From: Pristiophorus japonicus
Taxonomy: Eukaryota
Length of the DNA: 64,000 nt
Assembly: GCF_044704955.1 (NCBI RefSeq)
Contig: NC_091989.1
Coordinates: 86,056,001-86,120,000, forward strand
Direction: 5' to 3'
In this document: positions 1 through 13,627 of the stretch, piece after piece
How positions within the stretch are numbered: the first letter of the stretch is position 1
How the letters are laid out: every line of letters starts with the position of its first letter
Position numbers and translations under genes: made by a program
Notes under the pieces: model-generated
Seen by the model: the letters and a program-made list of their open reading frames with translations, nothing else
Database searches by the model: none
What the model was told of the DNA's origin: nothing

Positions 1-3000
1 GGCTAGAGACAGCCTTGTTTTGCGTGCCCTTTTCATGAACAGTTCAGCAGCGGGAACCCCAGTGAGCGAGTGGCATCTTGTGCAGTAGCTGAGCAGGACA
101 AGGGACAGGTGGGTCTGCAGGGAGCCTTCCGACATGCGTTTCATGCTTTGCTTGATGATTTGGACTGCCCGTTCTGCCTGGACGTTAGATGCAGGCTTGA
201 CAGGCAGATTTGACGTGCTTGATCCCATTGCGGGTCATGAATTCCTTGAATTCAGCGCTGGTGAAGCATGGCCCATTGTCGCTGACAAGAACATCAGGCA
301 GGCCGTGCGTGGAAAACATGGCTCGTAGGCTTTCGATGGTGGCAGTGGATGTGCTTACAGATATTATTACACACTCAATCCATTTTGAGTAAGCATCCAC
401 AACAACAAAAAACATTTTGCTTAGAAACGGGCCAGCAAAGTCAACGTGGATCCTAGACCAAGGTTTGGAGGGCCATGACCACAAACTTAGTGCTGTCTCC
501 CTGGGTGCATTGCTCAGCTGAGATCAAGTGTTTCATTGGCACACACAAGACTCCAAATCTGAGTCGATGCCGGGCCACCACACATGGGATCTGGCTATAG
601 CTTTCATCATTACAATGCCTAGGTGGGTACTGTGTAGGTCACGTATGATAATTTCCCTGCCTTTCTTAGGAAAAACCACGTGATTACCCCACAAAAGACA
701 ATCTGTCTCTATGGACAATTTGTCTTTGCGCTGCTGGAACAGCTTGATCTCTTCATGGCGCACCACTGGGACGCTGGACCAGCTCCCATGGAGCAGACAG
801 TTTTTTTTACAAGGGACAGTAAAGAATCCTGGCTGGTCCAGGTCCTGATCTGGCGGGCCATAACGGGTGACTTTTTGTTTTCGAATGCATCCATCACCAA
901 GAGCAAGTCTGCAGGTTGTACCATTTCCACCCTGGTGGTGGGCAATTGTAGCCGACTGAGAGCATCAGTGTAGTTCTCTGTGCCTGGCCTGTGGCGAATT
1001 ACTTAGTTATATGCAGACAGCGTGAGCGCCCATCTTTGGATGTGCGCAGAGGCATTAGTATTAATATATTTGCTCTCTGAGAATAGTGGTATGAGCGGCT
1101 TATGATCAGTTTCTAACTCGAACTTAAGCCCAAACAAATACTGGTGCGTTTTTTTCACCCCGTAAATGCATGCATAGCTTCTTTTTCAATCATGCTGTAG
1201 GCCCTTTCGGCCTTGTACAAACTCCTGGACGCATAAGCGACTAATTGTAATGTTCTCAATTTGTTTGCTTGTTGTAACACACATCCGACCCCGTATGAAG
1301 ACGCATTCAAAGCTAGCACTAAACGTTTTCCTTCTTCATACGGAATAAGCAGTTGTTGGAACATAACAGATTTCTGGCTTTCTCAAAAGCAGTCTCTTGT
1401 GATTTCCCCCATACCCAGTCATCTCCCTTGTGTAGCAACACATGTAGAGGTTCTAGCAAGGTGCTCAACCCGGGTAGGAAAATACCAAAATAATTGAGGA
1501 GCCCCAGAAATGACCGTAGCTCCGTCACATTCTGTGGTCTCGGTGCGGTCTTGATGGCCTCCATCTTGGCATCAGTTGATCTGATGCTGTCTGCCAGGAT
1601 TCTTCTCCCTAATAACTCGAACTATGGCACCAGGAAAACACACTTAGAGCATTTCAACCTGAGTCCCACGCGATCTAGCCAACTTACAACCTCTTCCATG
1701 TTCTGCAAGTGATCGAAGCTGTCCCGACCTGTGATCAATATGTCGTCCTGGAAAACCACGGTGCACAAATCGACTTTAGCAGACTCTCCATGTTACCTTG
1801 AAAAATGGCCGCTGCCGAACGAATACCAAATGGGCATCTATTGTAGATGAACAGAGCTTTGTGAGTGTTGATACAGGTAAGACCTTTCGAAGATTCCGCC
1901 AGCTTCTGCGTCATGTAGGCCAAAGTCAGGTCCAACTTGGTAAATGTCTTCCCTCCTGCCAGCGTCGCAAATAGGTCATCTGCCTTGGGTAGCATGTATT
2001 GGTCCTGCAGCGAAAAATGGTTAATCGTTACTTTGTAGTCCCCACAAATTTTGACCATGCCATTGCCCTTGAGAACCGGAACAATCGGACTGGCCCACTC
2101 ATTGGAATCAACCCGTGCAATGATGCACTCTCATTGCATCCTGTCCAGCTTGATCTCCACTTTCTCTCACATCATGTATGGCAGCGCACGTGCCTTGTGA
2201 TGGATGGGTCGTGTACCAGGAACCAAGTGGATCTGCACCTTCGCCCCAGAGAAATTTCCGATGCCTGGCGGGAACTTGTTCTAAAGCTGGGCACATGAGG
2301 CATCATCGACGGATGAAAGCGCTTGGATGTCATCCCAGTTCCAGCTCATTTTTCCCATCCAGCTTCTGCCATCTCCTGGTACAATCCATAGTGGAAGTTC
2401 ATGCACCGCTCCATCACAGGAGACTTTTACTGCTCCACTGCCAATTACAGGGATCAGCTCTTTAGTGCAAGTTCTCAGCTTGATATGAATAGGGCTCAGC
2501 TTGGACCTTTGTGCCTTGGTAAACCACAGCCCCTCACAGGCCCTTTTGCTCATGATAGACTGACTCGCACCCGTGTCCAATTCCATGGATACTTGAATTC
2601 CATTCAGTTCAACTTTTAACATGACCAGTGGATATTTTGTGGTGAAGGTGTGTACCCACTACACTTCTGCCTTCTCGGTTCGAGTCTCCAGTTCAGTTTG
2701 ATCCACCATGGATCGGTCTTCTTCTGCAACATGGTGGTTTGCAGGGTTTGCAGCTCGTCTGCACATTCGCTGGAGGTGTCCCATTGTTCCACAGCCTTTT
2801 CAAGCAGAGTGTTTGAAGTAGCATTGATGGGCTCGATGATCACCTCCGCAGCAAGATATCTCGCATTCACATTTGATGTCAGACTCTGAGTCAACTGACG
2901 TCGTGCAGCTGCAGGCGTGTACATCCGGCCATATGCATTTCTGCCTGAAAACGATGTTACTTTGTGTACATTACTTGCTGATGCATCTTTATTCTGTGAA

Positions 3001-4733
3001 ATTTGTTTGGTGTTATCGCTGGTGGACATAAATGCCTGAGCTATCGTTATGGCTTTGCTCAGGCTCTGTGTTTTAACAGTCAATAGTTTGTGAAGGATAA
3101 CCTCATGGCCAATGCCAAGCGCAAAAAAGTCTCTTAGCATTTGCTCCAGTCATCCACTGAATTCGCAATGCCCTGCAAGGTGCCTTAGTTCAATGAGTAG
3201 CTTGCCGCTTCCTGGCCTTCAGACCAGTGACATGCAAAGAATTGATACCTTGCCATCAGAACGCTCTCCTTCAGATTGAGGTGCTCCCAGACCAGCATAC
3301 ACAGTTCTTCATAAGATTTGGTTGTTGGTTTCACTGGAGCAAGAAGATTCTTCATGAGGCCATAGATTGTTGCCCCGCAGACGGTGAGGATGATCACCTT
3401 TCATTTGGCAGTATTCTCATTCTCTTCCAGCTCGTTGGCCACGAAGTATTGGTTGAGTCGCTCCATGAAGGCTTCCCAATCGTCACCTTCTGAGAATTTC
3501 TCCAGGATACCAACAGTTCTCTTCATTTTTGCATGATTGTTCATTATCTATTACTCGTCGCCAGATGTTATGTCTCAAATAAAGCAATGTGACTGAATAC
3601 TGTAGAATTGAGTAAGTGTAGACGAAGGAATTGAATGCAATGACTCCAAGTTTGCAGATGACACTAAGCTGGGTGGCAGTGTGAGCTGTGAGGAGGATGC
3701 TAAGAGGCTGCAGGGTGACTTGGACAGGTTAGAGGAGTGGGCAAATACATGGCAGATGCGGTATAATGTGGATAAATGTAAGGTTATCCACTTTGTTAGT
3801 AAAAACAGGAGGCTGATTATTATCTGAATGGTGAATTGTTAAAGGGGGAGGTGCAACAACACCTGGGTGTTATGGTACATTAGTTATTGAAGGTTCTCAT
3901 ACAGGTGCAGCAGGCGGTGAAGAAGGCAAATGGCATGTTCGCCTTCATAGTGAGTGGATTCATGTATCGGAGCAGAGAGGTCTTATTACAGTTGTACAGG
4001 GCCTTGGTAAGGCAACAGCTTGAATATTGTGTACAGTTTTGGTCTCCTAATCTGAGGAAGGACATTCTTGCTATTGAGGGAGTGCAGCGAAGGTTCACCA
4101 GACTGATTCCCGGGATGACAGGACTCACATATGAAGAATGACTGGATCGTCTCGGCTTGTATTCAATGGAATTTAAAAATGGGAGGGGTCCCATAGAAAC
4201 ATATAAAATTCTGACAGGATTGGACAGGTTAGATGCAGGAAGAATGTTCCCGATTTTGGGGAAGTCCACAACCAGGGGTCGCAGTCTAAAGATAAGGAGT
4301 AAGCCATTTAGGACCGAGATGAGGAGAAACTACTTCACTCAGAGAGTTGTGGGCGTGTGGAATTCTCTACCACAGAAAGTTGTTGGAACCAGTTCGTTAG
4401 ATATGTTCAAAGGGGATTTACATGTGGCCCTTACGACTAAAGGGATCAAGGGGTATGGAGAGAAAGTAGGAAAGGGGTACTAAAATGCATGATCAGCCAC
4501 AATCATATTGAATGGTGGAGCAGGCTCGAAGGGCCGAATGGCCTACTCCTGCACCAATTTTCTATGTTTCTATGTTTCCTAGTCTCTTTATTCTGACTCC
4601 ACAGTGCTGGCACAGCATGGGAGGCCTGCTTATATGAAGTGATCCCAAGGGATGCTGCGATCCCTTGGGATTCCAACAGATGTGCCCTCTGGTGGTGGTG
4701 GAATGCCGGTTACAAGGTGTTGCATAAATAACA
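1..4733 (-). mobile_element. Gypsy/Ty3 (Mag-like) LTR retrotransposon A, decayed, cut by window start
   Basis: Frameshifted gag, protease ELDTGASQS, RT VVFQDD, RNase H ASSYGVG, integrase HVDFAGPF...DNGP. PBS TGGCGACGAG (3554-3563 on -) matches the tRNA-Ser(GCU) 3' end. 5' LTR 3566-4733 is split by a LINE. Confidence 0.93.
3620..4578 (+). mobile_element. CR1-type LINE 3' fragment inserted in the 5' LTR of Gypsy A
   Basis: KFADD, LEYCVQFWSP and VWNSLP motifs; tail TTCTATGTTTCTATGTTTC; LTR sequence resumes on both sides. Confidence 0.9.
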
Positions 4734-5479
4734 AGTTCAATTATCTAAAGATGGACTGGAGTAAAACTAACTGCAGTGGTCGGCTAAAGGATGAGCTTCC
4801 ACACTGTGGCGAGGACAGCGTTATACATCAATGTGTGTTCAATGCTATCAGGAATGATGCAGTGCTGTTCTAATTGTAGTGAACGAAGTGGGACAGGAGG
4901 ATGATGGAAGTGAATGGGAACATCGAGGAGACAGTGATACAAAAATTGCAAAGGAGAGGGAATAGCTAAAAAGTGACTGGAAATAAGACGTCAATGATGT
5001 AGTAATGGAAGTAACAGATAAATTGGCAAAACAATCTTGGTAGATAAGATAGTATACAAATGTTCAAACAGGAAATGTGTAGATTATAAATTACATATAT
5101 TCCCGAATGAAGTAAGGGGTACAGAGTAAGCTGGAACGTGGCGAATTTCTGGGTTGTATGGATATATAGAAAATCTAGAGCTTAAAACAGAAAATAAAGT
5201 TGTTCAGCGCATTAAAAATATTAAAGCTTAACAAAAGAAAATGTACATTTCAGAGAAGATTTGAAAGAAAAAGTAATACTTTATAAAAGTATCACTGCAA
5301 AGAAACTTCTGCACATATAAAATAAAGATCGCCAATGAATAGAAATCCAGCATAGTGTCTGACTGAAACCTCATCAAAACCACGTGGATGTTTCCTTGTG
5401 AAATCTGGTGCCTTTATTTGCTGGGTAGGGGAGCGCTTCTGTGAAGCCACCCAATAAAGTTTAATTGTTCGTCGGAAAA

Positions 5480-6150
5480 TAGGAACAAAATAGGTCATTC
5501 AGCCCCACGCCTGTCCTGCCATTCGATTAAATCATGATTTATCTGTACCTCAAGTCCATTTAACAACCTTTGATCCAGATCATTTGGTGCCTTCACCTAA
5601 TAAAAATCTATCGATTTCAATCTTGAAAATTTTGTATTGAGCCAGCGTCCACGGCCTTTTGGGGAGACAGTTTCAGATTTCCACCAGCCTTTTTTGTGAC
5701 AAAGCGCTTCCTGATTTCAACTTGAATGGCCTAGCTCTTATTTTATGTTGTTGACTTGTTCAGCATTTCCCCACCAGAGGAAACAGTTCTCAGCATCTGT
5801 CTTAGCGAATCACTTTATCATTTTAAACACCTCCATTAGATCACCATTCAAACATCTAAACTCAAGAGAATACATACCATGTTTACGCAACCTGTCTTAA
5901 TAATTTACTCTTTCAGCTCCGGCATCATTTTCGTGAATCTGCACTCTACCCTTCCAAGGCTAATGTAACATCCCCGAGGTGCGGAGCCCACAAGGAACAC
6001 AGTTCTCCAGATGGGGTCTGATCAAGGCTCCGTAAAACTGAAGCATCCCTTCCTCACTTTTATAGTTCAATCACTTGAGTTATAGGTCAATATTCCATTA
6101 GCCTTTTTGATTAATTGTGAGCATTAGTTTTTAGTTATTAGAGAAGTGGA
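5480..6150 (-). mobile_element. Old CR1 LINE 3' fragment
   Basis: Degenerate reverse-complement match to the CR1 3' ends elsewhere in the window. Confidence 0.6.
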
Positions 6151-6399
6151 CGTCTAATACCACATACCCCTCCACACATACACTAATTGAACAAGCAATC
6201 AGTTAAAAACGTCCAATGGCCACTTTTACTTCCTTAAACCCACAACTTCAGTTGAGCTAAATTTGAGTTTTTGTTTGAAGCGCCACCGGGATATGGTTGG
6301 TCAATCACGATAATTGCATTATAGTTATGACCAGAGGTTTGCTGTTCCTTCACGATTCCAAGGTTGATGTTTGAAAGCCAGATTTTAAATTGTTGTCTG

Positions 6400-9300
6400 T
6401 GAAACACAAGGAAAGGCACTGAAACCTGAAAAGACACTGAAACGCAAGGAAACACAAGGAAACACAGGGAAACACACTGAAACACAGACACACACACTGA
6501 AACACACTGAAGCACACTGAAACACACTGAAACACAGGTAAACACACTGAAACACACCGAAACAAACTGAAACACGCTAAAACAAGCTGAAACACGCTGA
6601 AACACACTGAAACACACGGAAACACAGGTAAACACACTGAAACACGCTGAAACACGCTGTAACACACTGAAACACACTGAAACACAGTAAAACACACTGA
6701 AACACACTGAAACACAGGGAAAAACATTGAAACACACTGAAACACAGGGAAACACACTAAAACACACTGAGACACAGAGAAACATACTGAAACACACTGA
6801 AACACGGGGAAACACACGGAGACATAGGGAAACATGGGGAAATACACTGAAACTGACTGAAACACACGGAGACACAGGGAAACAGACTGAAACACACTGA
6901 AACACAGGGAAACATACTGAAACATACGGAAACACACTGAAACACAGGGAGAGACAGTGAAACACAGGGAAACATGCTGAAACACACTGAAACACACTTA
7001 AAGACACTGAAACATAGGGAAACACACTGAAACACAGTGAAACACAGGGAAACACAGTGAAACAAACTGAAACACGCTGAAACAAGCTGAAACACGCTGA
7101 AACACACTGAAACACACGGAAACACAGGTAAACACACTGAAACAAGCTGAAACACGCTGAAACACGCTGAAACACGCTGTAACACACTGAAACACACTGA
7201 AACACAGTAAAACACACTGAAACACACTGAAACACAGGGAAAAACATCGAAACACACTGAAACACAGGGAAACACACTAAAACACACTGAGACACAGAGA
7301 AACATACTGAAACACACTGAAACACGGGGAAACACACGGAGACATAGGGAAACATGGGGAAATACACTGAAACTGACGGAAACACACGGAGACACAGGGA
7401 AACAGACTGAAACACACTGAAACACAGGGAAACATACTGAAACATACGGAAGCACACTGAAACACAGGGAGAGACAGTGAAACACAGGGAAACATGCTGA
7501 AACACACTGAAACACACTTAAAGACACTGAAACATAGGGAAACACACTGAAACACAGGGAAACACAGTGAAACACAGGGAAACACAGTGACACACAGGGA
7601 AACACACTGAAACACAGGGAATCACACTGAAACACAGGGAAACACACTGAAACACGGGGAAACACACTGAAACACACTGAAACATGGGGAAACACACTAA
7701 AACAGAGAAACACACTGAAACACAGGGAAACACATTGAAACACAGGGAATCACACTGAAACACAGGGAATCACACTGAAACACGGAATCACGCTGAAACA
7801 CAGGGAAACACACTGAAACACAGGGAATCACACTGAAACACAGGGAATCACACTGAAACACAGGGAATCACACTGAAACACGGGGAAACACACTAAAACA
7901 CAGAGAAACACACTGAAACACAGGGAAACACACTGAAACACAGGGAATCACACTGAAACACAGGGAATCACACTGAAACACAGGGAATCACACTGAAACA
8001 CGGGGAAACACACTGAAACACACTGAAACACGGGGAAACACACTAAAACACAGAGAAACACACTGAAACACAGGGAAACACATTGAAACACACTGAGACA
8101 CAGAGAAACATACTGAAACACACTGAAACACGGGGAAACACACTGAAACACAGGGAAACATGGGGAAACACACTGAAACTGACTGAAACACACGGAGACA
8201 CAGGGAAACAGACTGAAACACACTGAAACACAGGGAAACATACTGAAACATACGGAAACACACTGAAACACAGGGAGAGACAATGAAACACAGGGAAACA
8301 CGCTGAAACACACTGAAACACACTGAAAGACACTGAAACATAGGGAAACACACTGAAACACAGGGAAACACAGTGAAACACAGGGAAACACACTGAAACA
8401 CACGGAAACACAATGAAACACACGGAAACACACTGAAACACATTGAAACAAACTGAAACACGCTGAAACAAGCTGAAACACGCTGAAACACACTGAAACA
8501 CAGGGAAACACACTGAAACACAGGTAAACACACTGAAATAAACTGAAATACGCTGAAACACGCTGAAACACACTGAAACACACTGAAACACAGTAAAACA
8601 CACTGAAACACACTAAACACGGGGAAAAACACTGAAACACACTGAAACACAGGGAAACACACTACAACACACTGAGACACAGAGAAACATACTGAAACAC
8701 ACTGAAACACACTGAAACACGGGGAAACATGGGGAAACACACTAAAACTGACTGAAAAACACGGAGACACAGGGAAATAGACAGAAACACACTGAAACAC
8801 AGGGAAACATACTGAAACATACGGAAACACACTGAAACACAGGGAGAGACAATGAAACACAGGGAAACACGCTGAAACACACTGAAAGACACTGAAACAT
8901 AGGGAAACACACTGAAACACAGGGAAACACAGTGAAACACAGGGAAACACACTGAAACACACGGAAACACAATGAAACACACAGAAACACACTGAAACAC
9001 ATTGAAACAAACTGAAACACGCTGAAACAAGCTGAAACACGCTGAAACACACTGAAACACAGGGAAACACACTGAAACACAGGTAAACACACTGAAATAA
9101 ACTGAAATACGCTGAAACACGCTGAAACACACTGAAACACACTGAAACACAGTAAAACACACTGAAACACACTGAAACACGGGGAAAAACACTGAAACAC
9201 ACTGAAACACAGGGAAACACACTACAACACACTGAGACACAGAGAAACATACTGAAACACACTGAAACACGAGGAAACATGGGGAAACACACTGAAACTG

Positions 9301-11010
9301 ACTGAAAAACACGGAGACACAGGGAAATAGACAGAAACACACTGAAACACAGGGAAACATACTGAAACATACGGAAACACACTGAAACACAGGGAGAGAC
9401 AGTGAAACACGGGGAAACATGCTGAAACACACTGAAACACACTTAAAGACACTGAAACATAGGGAAACACACTGAAACACAGGGAAACACAGTGAAACAC
9501 AGGGAAACACAGTGAAACACAGGGAAACACACTGAAACACAGGGAATCACACTGAAACACAGGGAAACACACTGAAACACGGGGAAACACACTGAAACAC
9601 ACTGAAACATGGGGAAACACACTGAAACACAGAGAAACACACTGAAACACAGGGAAACACACTGAAACACGGGGAAACACACTGAAACACACTGAAACAC
9701 ACGGAAACACAATGAAACACGGAAACACACTGAAACACACTGAAACAAACTGAAACATGCTGAAACAAGCTGAAACACGCTGAAACACACTGAAACACAC
9801 TGAAACACAATGAAACACATGGAAACACACTGAAACACACTGAAACAAACTGAAACACGCTGAAACAAGCTGAAACACGCTGAAACACAGGGAAACACAC
9901 TGAAACACAGGGAAACACACTGAAACACACGGAAACACAATGAAACACATGGAAACACACTGAAACACAGGGAATCACACTGAAACACAGGGAAACACAC
10001 TGAAACACGGGGAAACACACTGAAACACACTGAAACACGGGGAAACACACTGACATGCAGAGAAACACACTGAAACACGGGGAAACACACGGAAACACAG
10101 GGAAACACACTGAAACACAGGGAAACACACTGAAACACACTGAAACACGGGGAAACACACTGCAACACAGAGAAACACACTGAAACACGGGGAAACACAC
10201 TGAAACACAGAGAAACACACTGAAACACAGGGAAACACACTGAAACACGGGGAAACACACTGAAACACAGAGAAACACACTGAAACACAGGGAAACACAC
10301 TGAAACATGGGGAAACACACTGAAACACAAGGAAACACACGGAAACACAATCAAACACACGGAAATACACTCAAACACACTGAGACACACTGAAACACAC
10401 TGAAACACAGGGAATCACACTGAAACACACTGAAACACAGGGAATCACACTGAAACACAGGGAAACACACTGAAACACGGGGAAACACATTGAAACACAC
10501 TGAAACATGGGGAAACACACTGAAACACAGGGAAACACACTGAAACACAGGAAAACACACTGAAACACACGGAAACACACTGAAACACACGGAAACACTG
10601 AAACACATGGAAACACTGAAACACATGGAAACACACTGAAACACACTGAGACACACTGAGACACACTGAAACACATGGAAACACAGGAAAACACAAGAAA
10701 ACACATTGAAACACACCGAAACACACTGAAACATGTAAAAACACTGAAACGCAGGGAAACACATGGAAACACTGGGAAACACAGGGAAACAATCTGAAGC
10801 ACAGGGAAATACACTGAAACACTGAAACACAGGGAAACACTGCAACACAGGGAAATGCATAAAAACTCACTGAAACATAGAGAAACACAGAAACACATTG
10901 CAACACAGCAAAACACAGGGAAACACAGGGAAACACAGGAAAACACAGGGAAACACAGGGAAACTCATGGAAGTACAGGGAAACACATCGAGACACAGCG
11001 AAACACAATA
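6400..11010. repeat. 4.6-kb tandem satellite, 10-bp unit GAAACACACT with variants (GAAACACAGG, GAAACACGCT etc.) and higher-order blocks
   Basis: 10-nt periodicity is directly visible. Diagnostic variants recur at 520-bp spacing (6991/7511) and 560-bp spacing (8661/9221). Edges are more degenerate than the core. Confidence 0.98.
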
Positions 11011-13240
11011 CAATGAGAAAGAGTTAATTAACAACCTTGTAGTAAAGAGGCCTTTAGGGAAGGGTGACCGTAATATGATAACATTTTATATATGAGTTTG
11101 AAAGTATCTGTTTAAGTCTGAAACTAAGGTCTTAAATCTAAACATAGCAAACTACATAAGTCTGTGGAACTAGTTGGTTTGGGTCGATTGGGAAACGTCA
11201 TTAACAGGTATGATGGTAGACAATCAATGGCTAGCATTTAAGGAATTAATAAATAATTAACAACACATATACATTCCTTTAAGGAATAAAAATCCTACAG
11301 GAAAAGTGGCCCAACCGTGGCTAACAAGAGAAGTTAAAGATAGTGTTAGATCAAAGGAAGAGGCTTATAATGTTGCCAAAAAGAGCAGTAAGCCTGAGGA
11401 TTGGGAGATTTTTAGAATTCAGCAAAGGAGGACCAAGAAATTGATAAGGAAAGAGATAAAAGAATATGAGAGTAAATTAGCAGGCGACAGAAAAGAGATT
11501 GTAAACATTTCTCTGGGTATCTGAATAGGAAAAGATTAGTGAAAATACACGTCAGCCCATTCGAAGCAGAAACAGGAGAAATTATAATGGGCAATAAGGG
11601 AATGGCAGGACATTAAACAAATACTTTGTATCTGTCTTCACAGTAGAAGACACAAAAACATTCCAGAAATAATGCAGAACAAAGAATCTAGAGAGAATGA
11701 GGAACTTAAAGAAATCAGGATAAGTAAAGACAAAGTACTGGAGAAATTAATGGGATTAAGTGGTGGCAAATCCCCTGGACCTGACGACCTGCATCCTCGG
11801 GTTTTAATAGAGGTAGTTGCAGAGATGGTGGATGTAATCTTCCAGAATTCATGAAATTCTAGAACAGCCTCCAAGGATTGTAAGGTAGCAAAGACAACCC
11901 TGCTATATAAGAAAGGAGGGAAAAAAATGGGGAAATAAAGGCCAGTTAACGTGGCATCAGTATTAGGCACAATGCTAGAATATATTATTAGGGATGTGGT
12001 AAAAGGGCACTAAGAACATTGTAGTATGATAAGGCAGAGTAAACATGTTTTTATGAAAGGGAAATAGTGTTTAATAAATCTGTTAGAGTTTTTTGAAGAC
12101 CTAACTAGTAGGATGGGTTCAGTGCCACACAAATGTTATTAATTAAAATTAGGACTCGTGGGATTCGGTGTAATATATTTGCATGGATTGCGGATTGGTT
12201 ATTGGACAGAAAACAGAGAGCAGGAATAAAGGGGTATTTTCGAGTTGGCAGCCTGTAACTAGTGTGTTACCACAAGGATCAGTGTTTGGGCCTCAGCTAT
12301 TTACAATCTATATTAATGACAAAGCTGAATGGACAGAGTGTAATGTATCCAAGTTTGCTGATGATGCAAAGTTAGGTGGCAAAGTAAGCTGTGAGGAGGA
12401 TGCAAGGAGGCTACAGGGAGATATAGTTTGATTGAGTGGGCAAGAACATGGCTAATGGAATGCAATGTGGGGAAACGTGAAGTTATCCATTTTATTAGGA
12501 AAACCAAAAACATTTTTGAATGTTGATAAACTGGGAATGTTTTCATTCAAAGAGACCTGGGTGTCCTGGTACATGAATCACAGTCCGTTAACATGCAAGT
12601 ACAACAAGCAATTAGGAAAGAAAATGGTGTGTTAGCTTTTGTTACAAAGGGATTAGAGTTTAAAAGCAACAAAGTCTTACTACAATTATTGAGAGTATTG
12701 ATGAGGCCACACCTGGAGTACAGTTCTGGTCTACTTATCTAAGGAAATACTTACTTGCCTCAGAGAGAGAGCAACAAAGGTTCACCAGACTGATTCCTGG
12801 GAAGTGGAGATTACCTTACGAGGAGAGATTGAGGAGACAAGGCTTATATTCCCTAGAGCTTAGAAGAATGAGAAGTGTTCTAATTGAAACATAAGATTCT
12901 TAAGAGAAAATGTTCCCACTGTCAGGGGAATCTAGAATGTGAGATTGCAATCTGAGAATAAGGGGTTGGCCATTTAGGACTTAGATTAGGAAATATTGCT
13001 TCATTCAAAGAGTTGTGAATCTTTGGAATTATTGCACCAAAGATCTGTGGATGTTCAGTCGTTGCATATATTCAAATCAGAGATGGATAATTTGTTTGGA
13101 AACAAAGGGAATTAAGGGATATGGGGATAGTGCGGGAAGGTGAAGTTGAGGTAGAAGATCAGCCACAATCTTGTTGAATAGTGGAGCAGGCTCGAAGGGC
13201 CAAATGGCCTACTCCTGATAATAATTCTTATGTTCTTATG
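11010..13240 (+). mobile_element. CR1 LINE, 5'-truncated, decayed ORF2
   Basis: PLGKGDRNMI, QPWLTREVK, KSPGPDDLHPRVL, PQGSVFGPQLF, KFADD; tail TTCTTATGTTCTTATG. Confidence 0.9.
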
Positions 13241-13627
13241 TACAAATACAAATAGCAGTTTCAGAGACATTTGCACCAACTTAAAACACTGTTTTAATAA
13301 CCAGGGTTGGTGAACTCCAGAATGGATGAGACACTCCAAGGGGAAATATATAAGGAGTAATGTCTGATTGGGATTGAGATTTAGTATGAAATTGCTCGTC
13401 CAGGTCTCTCTATAATCATGTGAATTAAAAGCCGGTTAAACTGTTGTTGGGACTCATCTCTGCGAAACTCTCTCAGAGCCTGGATTTACAGGGAAGTAAA
13501 GGGTGATAGATATGTTGAGGTGGATAAGATATATGAGAGCTTAAATATAGCATTGATCATACAATGTAACATCTGGTAGCGTCCTCCCCATATTAGATAG
13601 GCCAAGAAACCTCCCGTAAAATGTAGC

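Noticed and set aside
5250-5320. EDLKEKVILYKSI as an ITIM-bearing terminal exon
   Set aside because: Poor polypyrimidine tract; the sequence looks like a decayed CR1 RT remnant.
6234-11008. Long Cys/Val/Phe-rich ORFs (up to 484 aa) on -
   Set aside because: By-product of a stop-poor 10-bp satellite; the same peptide appears in all three frames.
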